28,789 nucleotides of DNA from Sulfurimonadaceae bacterium (GTDB lineage: Bacteria > Campylobacterota > Campylobacteria > Campylobacterales > Sulfurimonadaceae). Both the position numbers and the translations under genes were made by a program. The DNA is taken from the NCBI GenBank assembly GCA_041571435.1, contig JBFFUI010000028.1, forward strand, positions 1 through 28,789, written 5' to 3'. The notes below the pieces were generated by a model. It saw nothing but the letters and a program-made list of their open reading frames with translations, searched no databases and was not told where the DNA came from. Shown one piece after another: positions 8,225-16,126 of the stretch (its first letter is position 1; each line of letters starts with the position of its first letter).

Positions 8225-9736
8225 TCACTGCTCTTCCTTTTCAATTTCCCACTCAATAAAATTGTGCCAGATACCGTTGATCGCCGGCTCGATGTGTTTA
8301 ATCTTTTTATCGACCACCTCTATTGCGTTGGGGATAAACAGAAAAAGATAGGGGTTGTCGGCAACCACTTCCGCAAAGATCTGCTGCTGTATCTCGGCCA
8401 AGGCCTCACGTTTGATCGTGCCTTGCATCCTCTCTATCAGCGCATCAACTTTTGTGTTGTGATACCCGATGAAATTAAATCCGCCATCTCTATCACTATC
8501 ACCATGCCACAGCAGGTATGGATCCGGTGAAAGCGAAAGCGACCAGCCGAGAAGAACTGTATCGAACTCCCTGGGGAAGACCACGGTGTTCAAAAAGGCC
8601 TGCCACTCCATCACGCGGAGTTTCACCTTTACCCCGACCCTGGCCAGCTGGTGCTGGAGTATCTCTGCTGCATACGGACGAATCGAATCGGAGTTTGAGG
8701 TGGCGATCTCAAAATATAACGGATGTGTTTCATCATACCCGGCCTCTTTCAAAAGCTGTCTCGCCCGCTTAATGTCCTGTTTCGGTGCTTTCACATCCGC
8801 ATTAAAGGACGGACCTCCCGGAAGAAAAGGGCCCGTACAGACCTGTCCATGTCCCATAAACAAGATAGCGACCAACTCCTCTCTGTTAATAGCCAATGAG
8901 AGTGCTTCTCGGACACGTGGGTCCTTGAACTTCTCACGTCTGAGGTTGATTCCCAAATAGACATATGCATGGGCGATCTCTTCGATGACCTTGTAATTAT
9001 CGAAGAATGAAGCTTCGACCTGACGCTCTATCTGCATCGCTGCCAACGAACCGACATCTATTTTGTGGGTCTTCAGCATCAAAAAGCGGGTATTGGCATC
9101 CGGTATAACATGATAAATGATCTTGTCTATCTTCGGTCTATGCTCAAAATAACCGTCGTAAGCACTGAGCTCAATATTTTTGGAAAACTCTAATTTGGTC
9201 AACCGGTAAGGACCTGTTCCGACTGGATGCGTATTAAAACTGGAGCTCATGATGTTCTCTTCGTCTTTGAGCAGGTGTAGCGGCAAAATACCGCTCATCC
9301 AAAGCTCAAGTGCTTTGAAATACGGCTCTTTGTAAACCACTTTCAAACGCAGTTCATCAAGTACCTCAACGGATTTCACCATACGAAACGTCGATGTATA
9401 TGGCGAGACCACCTGCGGTGAGTTGATCAGCTCATAGGTAAAGAGAACATCTTTTGCACTAAAAGGTTCCCCGTCTTGCCATTTTACACCGCTTTTCAGT
9501 TCAAATATCAGCGTTACATTGTCTTCAAAATAGAACTTTTCTGCCAGGTCACCTATAATCTCCTGTCCGTCTTTATCGTACTTGACCAGACCGTTGAATA
9601 TGTAACCTGCAATCTCGGAACTCGCCGTGTCCGTGGCTAAAATCGGATTGATGCGAGCGGGATTCGAAGAGGTGCTTAGATGCAGTGTCGATGCCCATAA
9701 TAGAAGGGGGAAAAGGGAAAATAAAAGAGATTTCAA
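8225..9736 (-). CDS. Peptide/nickel ABC transporter substrate-binding protein (family 5, AppA/OppA-like)
   Basis: Signal peptide; IFNGLVKYD, GVKWQDGEPFSAKDVLFTY, PVGTGPY and DPRVREALSLAINRE motifs. Confidence 0.9.
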   Translation of the reverse strand: MKSLLFSLFPLLLWASTLHLSTSSNPARINPILATDTASSEIAGYIFNGLVKYDKDGQEIIGDLAEKFYFEDNVTLIFELKSGVKWQDGEPFSAKDVLFTYELINSPQVVSPYTSTFRMVKSVEVLDELRLKVVYKEPYFKALELWMSGILPLHLLKDEENIMSSSFNTHPVGTGPYRLTKLEFSKNIELSAYDGYFEHRPKIDKIIYHVIPDANTRFLMLKTHKIDVGSLAAMQIERQVEASFFDNYKVIEEIAHAYVYLGINLRREKFKDPRVREALSLAINREELVAILFMGHGQVCTGPFLPGGPSFNADVKAPKQDIKRARQLLKEAGYDETHPLYFEIATSNSDSIRPYAAEILQHQLARVGVKVKLRVMEWQAFLNTVVFPREFDTVLLGWSLSLSPDPYLLWHGDSDRDGGFNFIGYHNTKVDALIERMQGTIKREALAEIQQQIFAEVVADNPYLFLFIPNAIEVVDKKIKHIEPAINGIWHNFIEWEIEKEEQ

Positions 9737-9755
9737 TGCGGCACTTTTTAAATGA

Positions 9756-9764
9756 ATTATACCA
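9756..9764 (-). promoter_or_regulatory. Putative extended -10 (TGGTATAAT) for the substrate-binding protein gene
   Basis: Perfect TGnTATAAT about 20 nt upstream of the TTG start. Confidence 0.55.
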
Positions 9765-9787
9765 CAATGAGAGGCAGCCGGCCTCTG

Positions 9788-11152
9788 TTAAAGGTGCTGT
9801 CCGTTCACTGAGGCCTTACCGTCTTGAAGAAGGATATCAAACACAGCGTTGCCGCCCTCTTGCTTGACATAGGCATCTGCCATAGCAAGGTTGCCCGCCT
9901 GTGCTTTCATGTAGTCGTAAAATGCGGTAGCGAACTTCAGTTTTGCATCGATGTTGATGTTTTGCAGCAAGGCCAACGGCGTCATCTGCATCTTCTGTAT
10001 CAGCTGGCTGTCCTCTTTGACCGTGATATCGATCTTATGATCAAAACCGTCCATCAGACCGGACTCTTTGATCGCGATCTTATCAACACTCAATGTCGTA
10101 ATGTGCAGGTTGAACCCTTTTGACACAACACCGACTGCAGCCAACATTACGAACTGAGACGAGGCGCCTGCCTGCTCTGATGCTTTTTGAAAAGCTTCAT
10201 ACGCTTCTTCGTCAATGTTATCGGCCTCCATGACAAAATGAAAATTCTCTAACGTCAAAGAGCCGTTTTGATCTTGCATCGTAAAGTGTTCCACTGCGGC
10301 ATTCAACTTTGTCTGCAGTTTTGCATCAACCACTTTAGAGTCCGACACTGTTGACATATCGGTAGCATCTACCTCAAACTGGTTCGACTTGTCTTTAAAA
10401 AAGAAGTGCAGCGTCTTTGCTTTATAATTGATGTCAAAACTGTTCTTTGCGCTAAAGCTGCTGCTGCTTTGAAGATCAGTCATCGTCAATTTCATCTTGG
10501 CATCCTCGGGCATCGAAAAATCAACATCGGCATTTTTCACCGTCAGGTCAACGCTCTCCGGTTCGACCAGTGTCCCTTTTCCGTTAAAAAGAGCCTTTTC
10601 AAAAACGATCTTCGCTTTTTTGCCCTCTTGAAAGGTGATCTCTTTGTTGATATCTTTGATATAGCCTTTGAACGTTGACGTGGCGACATCATAATCCATA
10701 TGGTACATAAATGCTCTGTCGTCCAGCATCTTGATCATCTGTTCATACAGTGTTGCATCTTCGGCTTTCATCCGGTCGCCCGCTTCTTTGGTAAAGGCAA
10801 TCGGGTAGAGGTCAAGACTGATATCACTGTTAATAATCAGATTCGAATAGCGTACATCGGCAGCCATGACCACATCATCCAGCATGGCTTGCATATACGC
10901 CGGGACCTGTGCTTTGGAGAGCGTTGCCAAATAGTTTTGGAAAGCAACTGGATCTTCCAGCATAAATTCATAATGACTTTTGGTCTCCAGATAATTTGAA
11001 CCATTATCACTCTGTTCGACCTTGATCCCGTTCTCATCCAGCATGGCGATACGTTCGTCGATTATCGTCTTGACACCCATGTTCCCTACAAATGGCAGTG
11101 CAGCAAAGAGGGCGGCAAGAACGGCAGCAATAATAATAATCTTTTTTGACAT
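9788..11152 (-). CDS. DUF945/YdgA-like membrane-anchored protein
   Basis: N-terminal anchor ending ALPFVG, a long beta-rich body and C-terminal DGKASVNGQ, resembling the DUF945 'G.l.vNG' end. Confidence 0.65.
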   Translation of the reverse strand: MSKKIIIIAAVLAALFAALPFVGNMGVKTIIDERIAMLDENGIKVEQSDNGSNYLETKSHYEFMLEDPVAFQNYLATLSKAQVPAYMQAMLDDVVMAADVRYSNLIINSDISLDLYPIAFTKEAGDRMKAEDATLYEQMIKMLDDRAFMYHMDYDVATSTFKGYIKDINKEITFQEGKKAKIVFEKALFNGKGTLVEPESVDLTVKNADVDFSMPEDAKMKLTMTDLQSSSSFSAKNSFDINYKAKTLHFFFKDKSNQFEVDATDMSTVSDSKVVDAKLQTKLNAAVEHFTMQDQNGSLTLENFHFVMEADNIDEEAYEAFQKASEQAGASSQFVMLAAVGVVSKGFNLHITTLSVDKIAIKESGLMDGFDHKIDITVKEDSQLIQKMQMTPLALLQNINIDAKLKFATAFYDYMKAQAGNLAMADAYVKQEGGNAVFDILLQDGKASVNGQHL

Positions 11153-11254
11153 AGTTGGTCCTTCGTTAAAGTAGGGGGATTATACAGAAAGTTTATGGAT
11201 AAAAAGAAACTGTAGTTCTGCCCTCTGATCTGGCAGAGATCGGTTGTGCCGATA

Positions 11255-11911
11255 CTAACGCTTCAGCTCCTCTTCAAGTGAGCTGATCGGCCGGAACTGG
11301 CTCTGCTCCGGGTCATAATAGTCTATGTTCCCATTTTCAATATCATAATACCAGCCATGGATATGGATCTCGCCGCTTTTAACACGGCGCTGTACTGATG
11401 GGTAGGTCAGAAGGTGCTCAAGCTGCTTAATGATAGAAAACTGCTCTGTCAAACGTAGCAGACGCTCTTTATCAGCGTCAGCGCCCAGCGCCTCGACCGC
11501 CATGTTTTTTGCTGCTTCTCCTAGCTTCAGCCAGTGCTTCGTATGGACCATCTCGGGGTCATCGATGGTCTCATACAGCGCCTGACAGGCACCGCAGTGG
11601 GAGTGGCCGCAGATGATGATCTCTTCAACTTTTAAGACACTGACCGCATACTCGATGGCTGAGGCAGTGGAGTGGTAGTCTTCGTCCGGGCTGTAGGGAG
11701 CGACAAAGTTGCCCACGTTACGGATGACAAAAAGGTCCCCCGGTTTTGACTGCATCATCAAGTCAGGAATGACACGAGAGTCTGAGCAGCCAATATAGAG
11801 GGCTTTTGGACGCTGCCCCTCTTTTGCGAGCTTGAGCAACTCTTTTTCATTATCTTTAAAATAACTTGACTGAAAAAGCTCATTACCTTTGATCAATGTT
11901 TCAGCTGCCAA
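11255..11911 (-). CDS. can: Beta-class carbonic anhydrase (cytoplasmic)
   Basis: Zn motifs GCSDSRV and CGHSHCGA; also PGDLFVIRNVGN and IHGWYYDI; TTG start with GAGG RBS. Confidence 0.93.
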   Translation of the reverse strand: MAAETLIKGNELFQSSYFKDNEKELLKLAKEGQRPKALYIGCSDSRVIPDLMMQSKPGDLFVIRNVGNFVAPYSPDEDYHSTASAIEYAVSVLKVEEIIICGHSHCGACQALYETIDDPEMVHTKHWLKLGEAAKNMAVEALGADADKERLLRLTEQFSIIKQLEHLLTYPSVQRRVKSGEIHIHGWYYDIENGNIDYYDPEQSQFRPISSLEEELKR

Positions 11912-11969
11912 TATACACCTCTTTATCTTGTTATAGATACTGTTGACCAGTTCCGGAGTTTCAAATAAG

Positions 11970-11975
11970 AGTATA
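11970..11975 (-). promoter_or_regulatory. Putative -10 (TATACT) for the beta-CA gene
   Basis: AAGCTATACT about 60 nt upstream of the start, downstream of a hairpin (GAGTAG-N5-CTACTC) that follows the alpha-CA stop. Confidence 0.4.
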
Positions 11976-12070
11976 GCTTATTTGCATAAACAGTGACAAA
12001 AACATAATTCAAACGTCTCTTTGAATAGCGCAACACGCTATAGAGTAGAGAACCTACTCCAAACAATGAT

Positions 12071-12865
12071 CTAGTTTGATTCTATCTGACGATCGTATAG
12101 CTCCTGAACCGGACGCTCATTGTCCACATAGTATTTGCGGAATGCCTCGATCTGATCATGAGACGCTTCTACCGGCTGCTTTAAGAGATACCACTGAACA
12201 TTTTCAGAACACGGCGGTGTCGTCAGTGAACCGATATAGTGATAATAGTGCGCCGTATCTTCTGGTAACATATCTTGAGGATCGATACGGATCTCTTCAC
12301 CGATGTTCCCTAGGATATTGTCCAAGATAGCATTGTTTTTCCCCTCTTCAAAAAAGACAGCAACCACCGCAAGTTGTTTAGTCTCAGGGTTTTGGTGCAC
12401 AAGGTGTGCCACCATATCGTAACGTTTTCCGTCAACAGTATGCTCGCTCTTGCCATGAAAGTGCAACTGCAACAGTGTGAACTTTTCACCATTCAACGTA
12501 ATCGTTCCACCTTGATTCGGTGTGACTTTGATTGAGTGACCGTTGTCAATGACTTTCGCTGTTGCATGCACATCCTCTGCCAAAGAGAGATCATACTGAT
12601 GATTCATCTCGACGGTTTTGCCCGGTATGATATTGACAGGAGACTGGTGGTGGCCGATGCCGCACGTCTTGGAGAACTCTTCCCAATGTGCCGGTCCGTT
12701 CTCAGAGTAGTCCCAATGTTTTTCATGCGCTACAGCATGTTCTGTATGCGACTCTGCGGCTGCATGTCCCGCAGTCTCGTTTGCTTTGACCTCTGTCTTG
12801 TGTGAAGCACATCCGCTGATCATCAATGCCGCTACGGCACTCAATAGTAGTATGGTTTTTTTCAT
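12071..12865 (-). CDS. cah: Alpha-class carbonic anhydrase, predicted lipoprotein
   Basis: Lipobox-like MISG-C; HWDY, GPAHW, QSPVNI, NGHSI, QLHFH..SEH, HLVH and YIGSLTTPPCSENVQW motifs. Confidence 0.93.
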   Translation of the reverse strand: MKKTILLLSAVAALMISGCASHKTEVKANETAGHAAAESHTEHAVAHEKHWDYSENGPAHWEEFSKTCGIGHHQSPVNIIPGKTVEMNHQYDLSLAEDVHATAKVIDNGHSIKVTPNQGGTITLNGEKFTLLQLHFHGKSEHTVDGKRYDMVAHLVHQNPETKQLAVVAVFFEEGKNNAILDNILGNIGEEIRIDPQDMLPEDTAHYYHYIGSLTTPPCSENVQWYLLKQPVEASHDQIEAFRKYYVDNERPVQELYDRQIESN

Positions 12866-12879
12866 TTTATCTCCTTTGT

Positions 12880-14229
12880 TTAAAAGTTATAGTTTGCAAT
12901 GACACGATATTGTGTCAACTTATCGATCTGTGTGATCGTCTCATCGGCACCTGCACTGGTGTTGTTAGCCACCCATATCCCTTTGAGCGCCAAATCAAAC
13001 TTGCCGATGCCGTACGCCAATACCAGGTTCTTGTCTTTCTGTGTTTTAACGAAGTCATTGTTATCATACTGGGCATAAGCGAAAACAGCTTTGAACCCCT
13101 CTATACCCGTAAAATCAAACTTCTGGGTATACGCAATTTTGACTCCCTGTGTACCGGCAATATAACCACCGCTGCTTGTCAGACCTTGACCATAATTGGA
13201 GCTAAAGAGGTTATTGGATGTAATCGTATCGGTAAAGAGCGGTGTACCGTCCCATGGCAAGACCAATGAGTTATGTTCATGATCGCGTGATCCCAGAACG
13301 TTCGTATAAGCGACCATCAGTCCGCTCTCAGCATAATCAACACTCGCTTTAAGACCAAAGAAACGTCCATTGATCTTGCCGCCATAACTGATTTCATCCG
13401 CTTTCATCGCATCGACAGAATTGCCAATGCCATGCTGGTGCATCCCCTGCAGTCCGACCATCCATCTGACATCATCATTGACCTGACGCTTATGCGTTGC
13501 ATCAAAATAGGTCATGTTCATAAAATCTTTTGCATAGTAGTTGTAGAGACGGACGGCATGGTGCGCATCATGCCACTCAAGATAGGCCGGAAGGACATTA
13601 CCCGTTGTATGGCCGGTAATCGTCTCTGTCTTCGTACCGAGTGCATGTTCAACGATATTGACAAAGCGGCTTGATGTACGCTGTTTGAACTTGTCCAGGT
13701 AACCCCCACCGATCTGGATACCGTTTTCAAAGGCGTATGACACATCGCCCCCTTCGACAGTCGAAGGCACCATTCTCACCTCTTTGGCATTCACGAGAGG
13801 CGTGTTGATGGTCTTGCGGCCGTACCAGATATCCAGTCCCTGGTATTGGTAGTCCAAGTACATCTCACCGAGAACCGAAAAGCCTTCCTGCGCAACCGGA
13901 TCGCCCGGAGTCAAACCTTGTTGGATGGCATTATCACGTCCGATGATCGAGGTGTCAACACTGTCCGGCAGTGCGAACGGGTTTGTCGTCATAAAGGTTC
14001 CGTCAAGAGTGAAACCGTAGAGTCTGTCTGTGGTATAACCTAGCTTGCCACCGATCGAGTTTGCATAGGCGCGGCTGTCAAGGGCAGTCGCACTGTTTTC
14101 TTTGTCCGTCTCGATAAAGTAGTATCTGATATTACCGTGTGCCTTGCCTTCACTGAACGCAGTAGCTATTGAATCAGCACCGTAAAGTGATACCGCAAGA
14201 AGCCCCGAAAGGATGATCATTCTTTTCAT
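12880..14229 (-). CDS. OprD-family outer membrane porin
   Basis: Signal peptide; FSEGKAHGNIRYYF, SIGGKLGY and GRKTINTPLV motifs; amphipathic C-terminal beta strand ending YNF. Confidence 0.8.
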   Translation of the reverse strand: MKRMIILSGLLAVSLYGADSIATAFSEGKAHGNIRYYFIETDKENSATALDSRAYANSIGGKLGYTTDRLYGFTLDGTFMTTNPFALPDSVDTSIIGRDNAIQQGLTPGDPVAQEGFSVLGEMYLDYQYQGLDIWYGRKTINTPLVNAKEVRMVPSTVEGGDVSYAFENGIQIGGGYLDKFKQRTSSRFVNIVEHALGTKTETITGHTTGNVLPAYLEWHDAHHAVRLYNYYAKDFMNMTYFDATHKRQVNDDVRWMVGLQGMHQHGIGNSVDAMKADEISYGGKINGRFFGLKASVDYAESGLMVAYTNVLGSRDHEHNSLVLPWDGTPLFTDTITSNNLFSSNYGQGLTSSGGYIAGTQGVKIAYTQKFDFTGIEGFKAVFAYAQYDNNDFVKTQKDKNLVLAYGIGKFDLALKGIWVANNTSAGADETITQIDKLTQYRVIANYNF

Positions 14230-14368
14230 CTATTACCTTGCATAAAAACTGATTCGTGTATTTTATCTGAATGTTTAAAAACAAGATAATCAAAACTATT
14301 GAATAAAAAATAAAAATTAATTTTATAATTGCTGTGTAGTAAAAAAAGGTTAGAGGGGAGAAAGAATA

Positions 14369-14396
14369 GAAAAGTACAGTGCCCAAAGGCACCGTA
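14369..14396 (-). terminator. Intrinsic terminator of rplM-rpsI
   Basis: Minus strand reads TACGGTGCC-TTTG-GGCACTGTA followed by CTTTTCTATTTCTTT, about 10 nt after the rpsI stop. Confidence 0.7.
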
Positions 14397-14405
14397 ATAA
14401 AACGA

Positions 14406-14795
14406 TTAACGTTTTGAGAACTGTGGAGAACGGCGTGCTTTGCGCTTACCTGGTTTCTTACGTTCAACAACACGTGAATCACGCGTCATCATACCTTCAG
14501 GTTTAAGAATCGCACGGAAAGAGTCATCCATCTTTACCAGTGCACGAGAGATACCGTGACGAAGTGCGTCCGCTTGACCACCGAAACCACCACCTAGAGT
14601 AGTAGCAACGATATCAACAGAAGTCTCTTGTTTAGTTAGAGCCAATGGTTGTTTTACACGAAGTTTCTTCGCTTCAAGACCACCCAACCATGCGTCTAGT
14701 GAAAGACCGTTGATCGTGATGTTACCTGTACCTGGTGTTAACCATACTTTAGCGATAGACGCTTTACGACGTCCAGTTGCGTAGATTTTTGCCAT
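14406..14795 (-). CDS. rpsI: 30S ribosomal protein S9
   Basis: [26 protein letters not shown] and RRSPQFSKR motifs. Confidence 0.99.
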   Translation of the reverse strand: MAKIYATGRRKASIAKVWLTPGTGNITINGLSLDAWLGGLEAKKLRVKQPLALTKQETSVDIVATTLGGGFGGQADALRHGISRALVKMDDSFRAILKPEGMMTRDSRVVERKKPGKRKARRSPQFSKR

Positions 14796-14805
14796 CTATC
14801 AATCC

Positions 14806-15228
14806 TTACTTAGCGATTTGCGCTGTGTGAGGGTGCTCAGCACCAGCGTAAATTTTTAGTTTTTTCAACATTGCACGGCCAAGCTTCGTTTTTGGAAGCA
14901 TACCGCGAGTTGCAAGTCTGAACAGTTTTTCCGGGTTGTTCTCCAAAAGATCTGTCATCTTAACGCTCTTAGTAGAACCGAAGTAACCACTGTGAGAGAA
15001 GTACTCTTTGTTAGCCACTTTACCAGCACCGTTGAATTTTGCTTTAGAAGCGTTAACGATTACAACGTAATCACCACAATCAACGTTTGGAGTATAGTAC
15101 GGCTTGTTTTTACCACGTAGGTGTGTTGCAACCTCTGTGATTATACGACCGAAAGTCTTACCTTCAGCATCGATCAAGATCCACTCTGGTTTGATCTGCT
15201 CAGGTGTTGCAATTTTTGTAAATTTCAT
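14806..15228 (-). CDS. rplM: 50S ribosomal protein L13
   Basis: LRGKNKPYYTPNVDCGDYV, RGMLPK and HPHTAQ motifs. Confidence 0.99.
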   Translation of the reverse strand: MKFTKIATPEQIKPEWILIDAEGKTFGRIITEVATHLRGKNKPYYTPNVDCGDYVVIVNASKAKFNGAGKVANKEYFSHSGYFGSTKSVKMTDLLENNPEKLFRLATRGMLPKTKLGRAMLKKLKIYAGAEHPHTAQIAK

Positions 15229-15260
15229 ATTGCACCCTTTATAAATTTTTTGATAGCGGA

Positions 15261-15266
15261 AGTATA
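15261..15266 (-). promoter_or_regulatory. Putative -10 (TATACT) of rplM-rpsI
   Basis: About 33 nt upstream of the rplM ATG, with AT-rich sequence further upstream. Confidence 0.5.
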
Positions 15267-15442
15267 GGGGAATAAACTTAAATGGTACTTAATTTAAGGT
15301 TGAAATAAGATTTATTTCTGAAATTCAGCAGCAGAAAAAGTGACAGCCAAAAAAAGCCCTCTATCAGAATACAATCAAAAGTTGGACTATCAGTGTAAAG
15401 TAGTGTTATTGTACAGCAAACACACTTCAATAAGGAAACACG

Positions 15443-16054
15443 ATGACACTTTCTAAAAGCTTATACGGTGCACTGCTTGCGCTGACATTGATCTTATCCG
15501 GTTGCGGTGGTGTGGCGCCTGCACCGACATCAACAATTTCCAAAGTCCAATACAAAGGTGAGCTTGTTCTTGGCACTTCAGGCAATATGATGCCAGATGT
15601 CGTCAGTCTTGATATCGATCTTGCCAGCAGGCAAATGCCTGATCACCAAGCTTCCTGATCTTGCAAGTACAAAAAAAGATGAGTTGGCAGCCAAACGCAG
15701 TAATCTTGTTGTCTTCGAAGGTTCCACGAGCGAAGCTTTCGCCAAAGCTCTTATGAAAAATGCGAACATCATTTCGACTAAGACACAGGACAGTGCTGTC
15801 GAGATGGTGCGTAACGGTAAAGCAGACGCTATATTGACCGACTTTCCGATCTGTCAGTCAACGGTCGTCACCAACCCTGATGACCAGTTTGTCTCCATCT
15901 TTTCGCGTTTGACGTATGAACCTATCGGTATTGCGGTCAAAGGTGATGATACGCACTTCATCAACTGAACAGAGAACACTTCCTTGAGCGTATGGAAAAG
16001 AGCGGTTACCTTGCGCTGCTTAGCCAAAAGTGGATGTCGATCACTGCGCAATAG
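15443..16054 (+). pseudogene. Degraded polar amino-acid ABC transporter substrate-binding lipoprotein (family 3)
   Basis: Lipobox LSG-C, GELVLGTSG and LDIDLA in one frame. A frame change leads to GKCLITK...GKADAILTD...EPIGIAVKGD, then TGA at 15966-15968. A third segment FLERMEKSGYLALLSQKW...TAG ends at 16054. Confidence 0.8.
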
Positions 16055-16063
16055 AAGCACCTT

Positions 16064-16083
16064 GATGAGGCAGACGCCTCATC
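16064..16083. terminator. Hairpin between the convergent pseudogene and addA (possible terminator)
   Basis: GATGAGGC-AGAC-GCCTCATC, a perfect 8-bp stem; no clear U tract. Confidence 0.45.
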
Positions 16084-16126
16084 CTGCAGTCTGATTCTTC
16101 GTCCTTTTGCAGCAAGCAACCGGGCG

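Noticed and set aside
14174-14482. 102-aa hydrophobic minus-strand ORF bridging rpsI and the porin gene
   Set aside because: It runs through the rpsI terminator and the AT-rich promoter; the F/I/L/Y richness reflects T-rich DNA.
15966-15968. In-frame TGA as selenocysteine or Trp recoding
   Set aside because: The same gene has frameshifts on both sides, and TGA is a normal stop elsewhere (e.g. 8225-8227). A nonsense mutation in a pseudogene is simpler.
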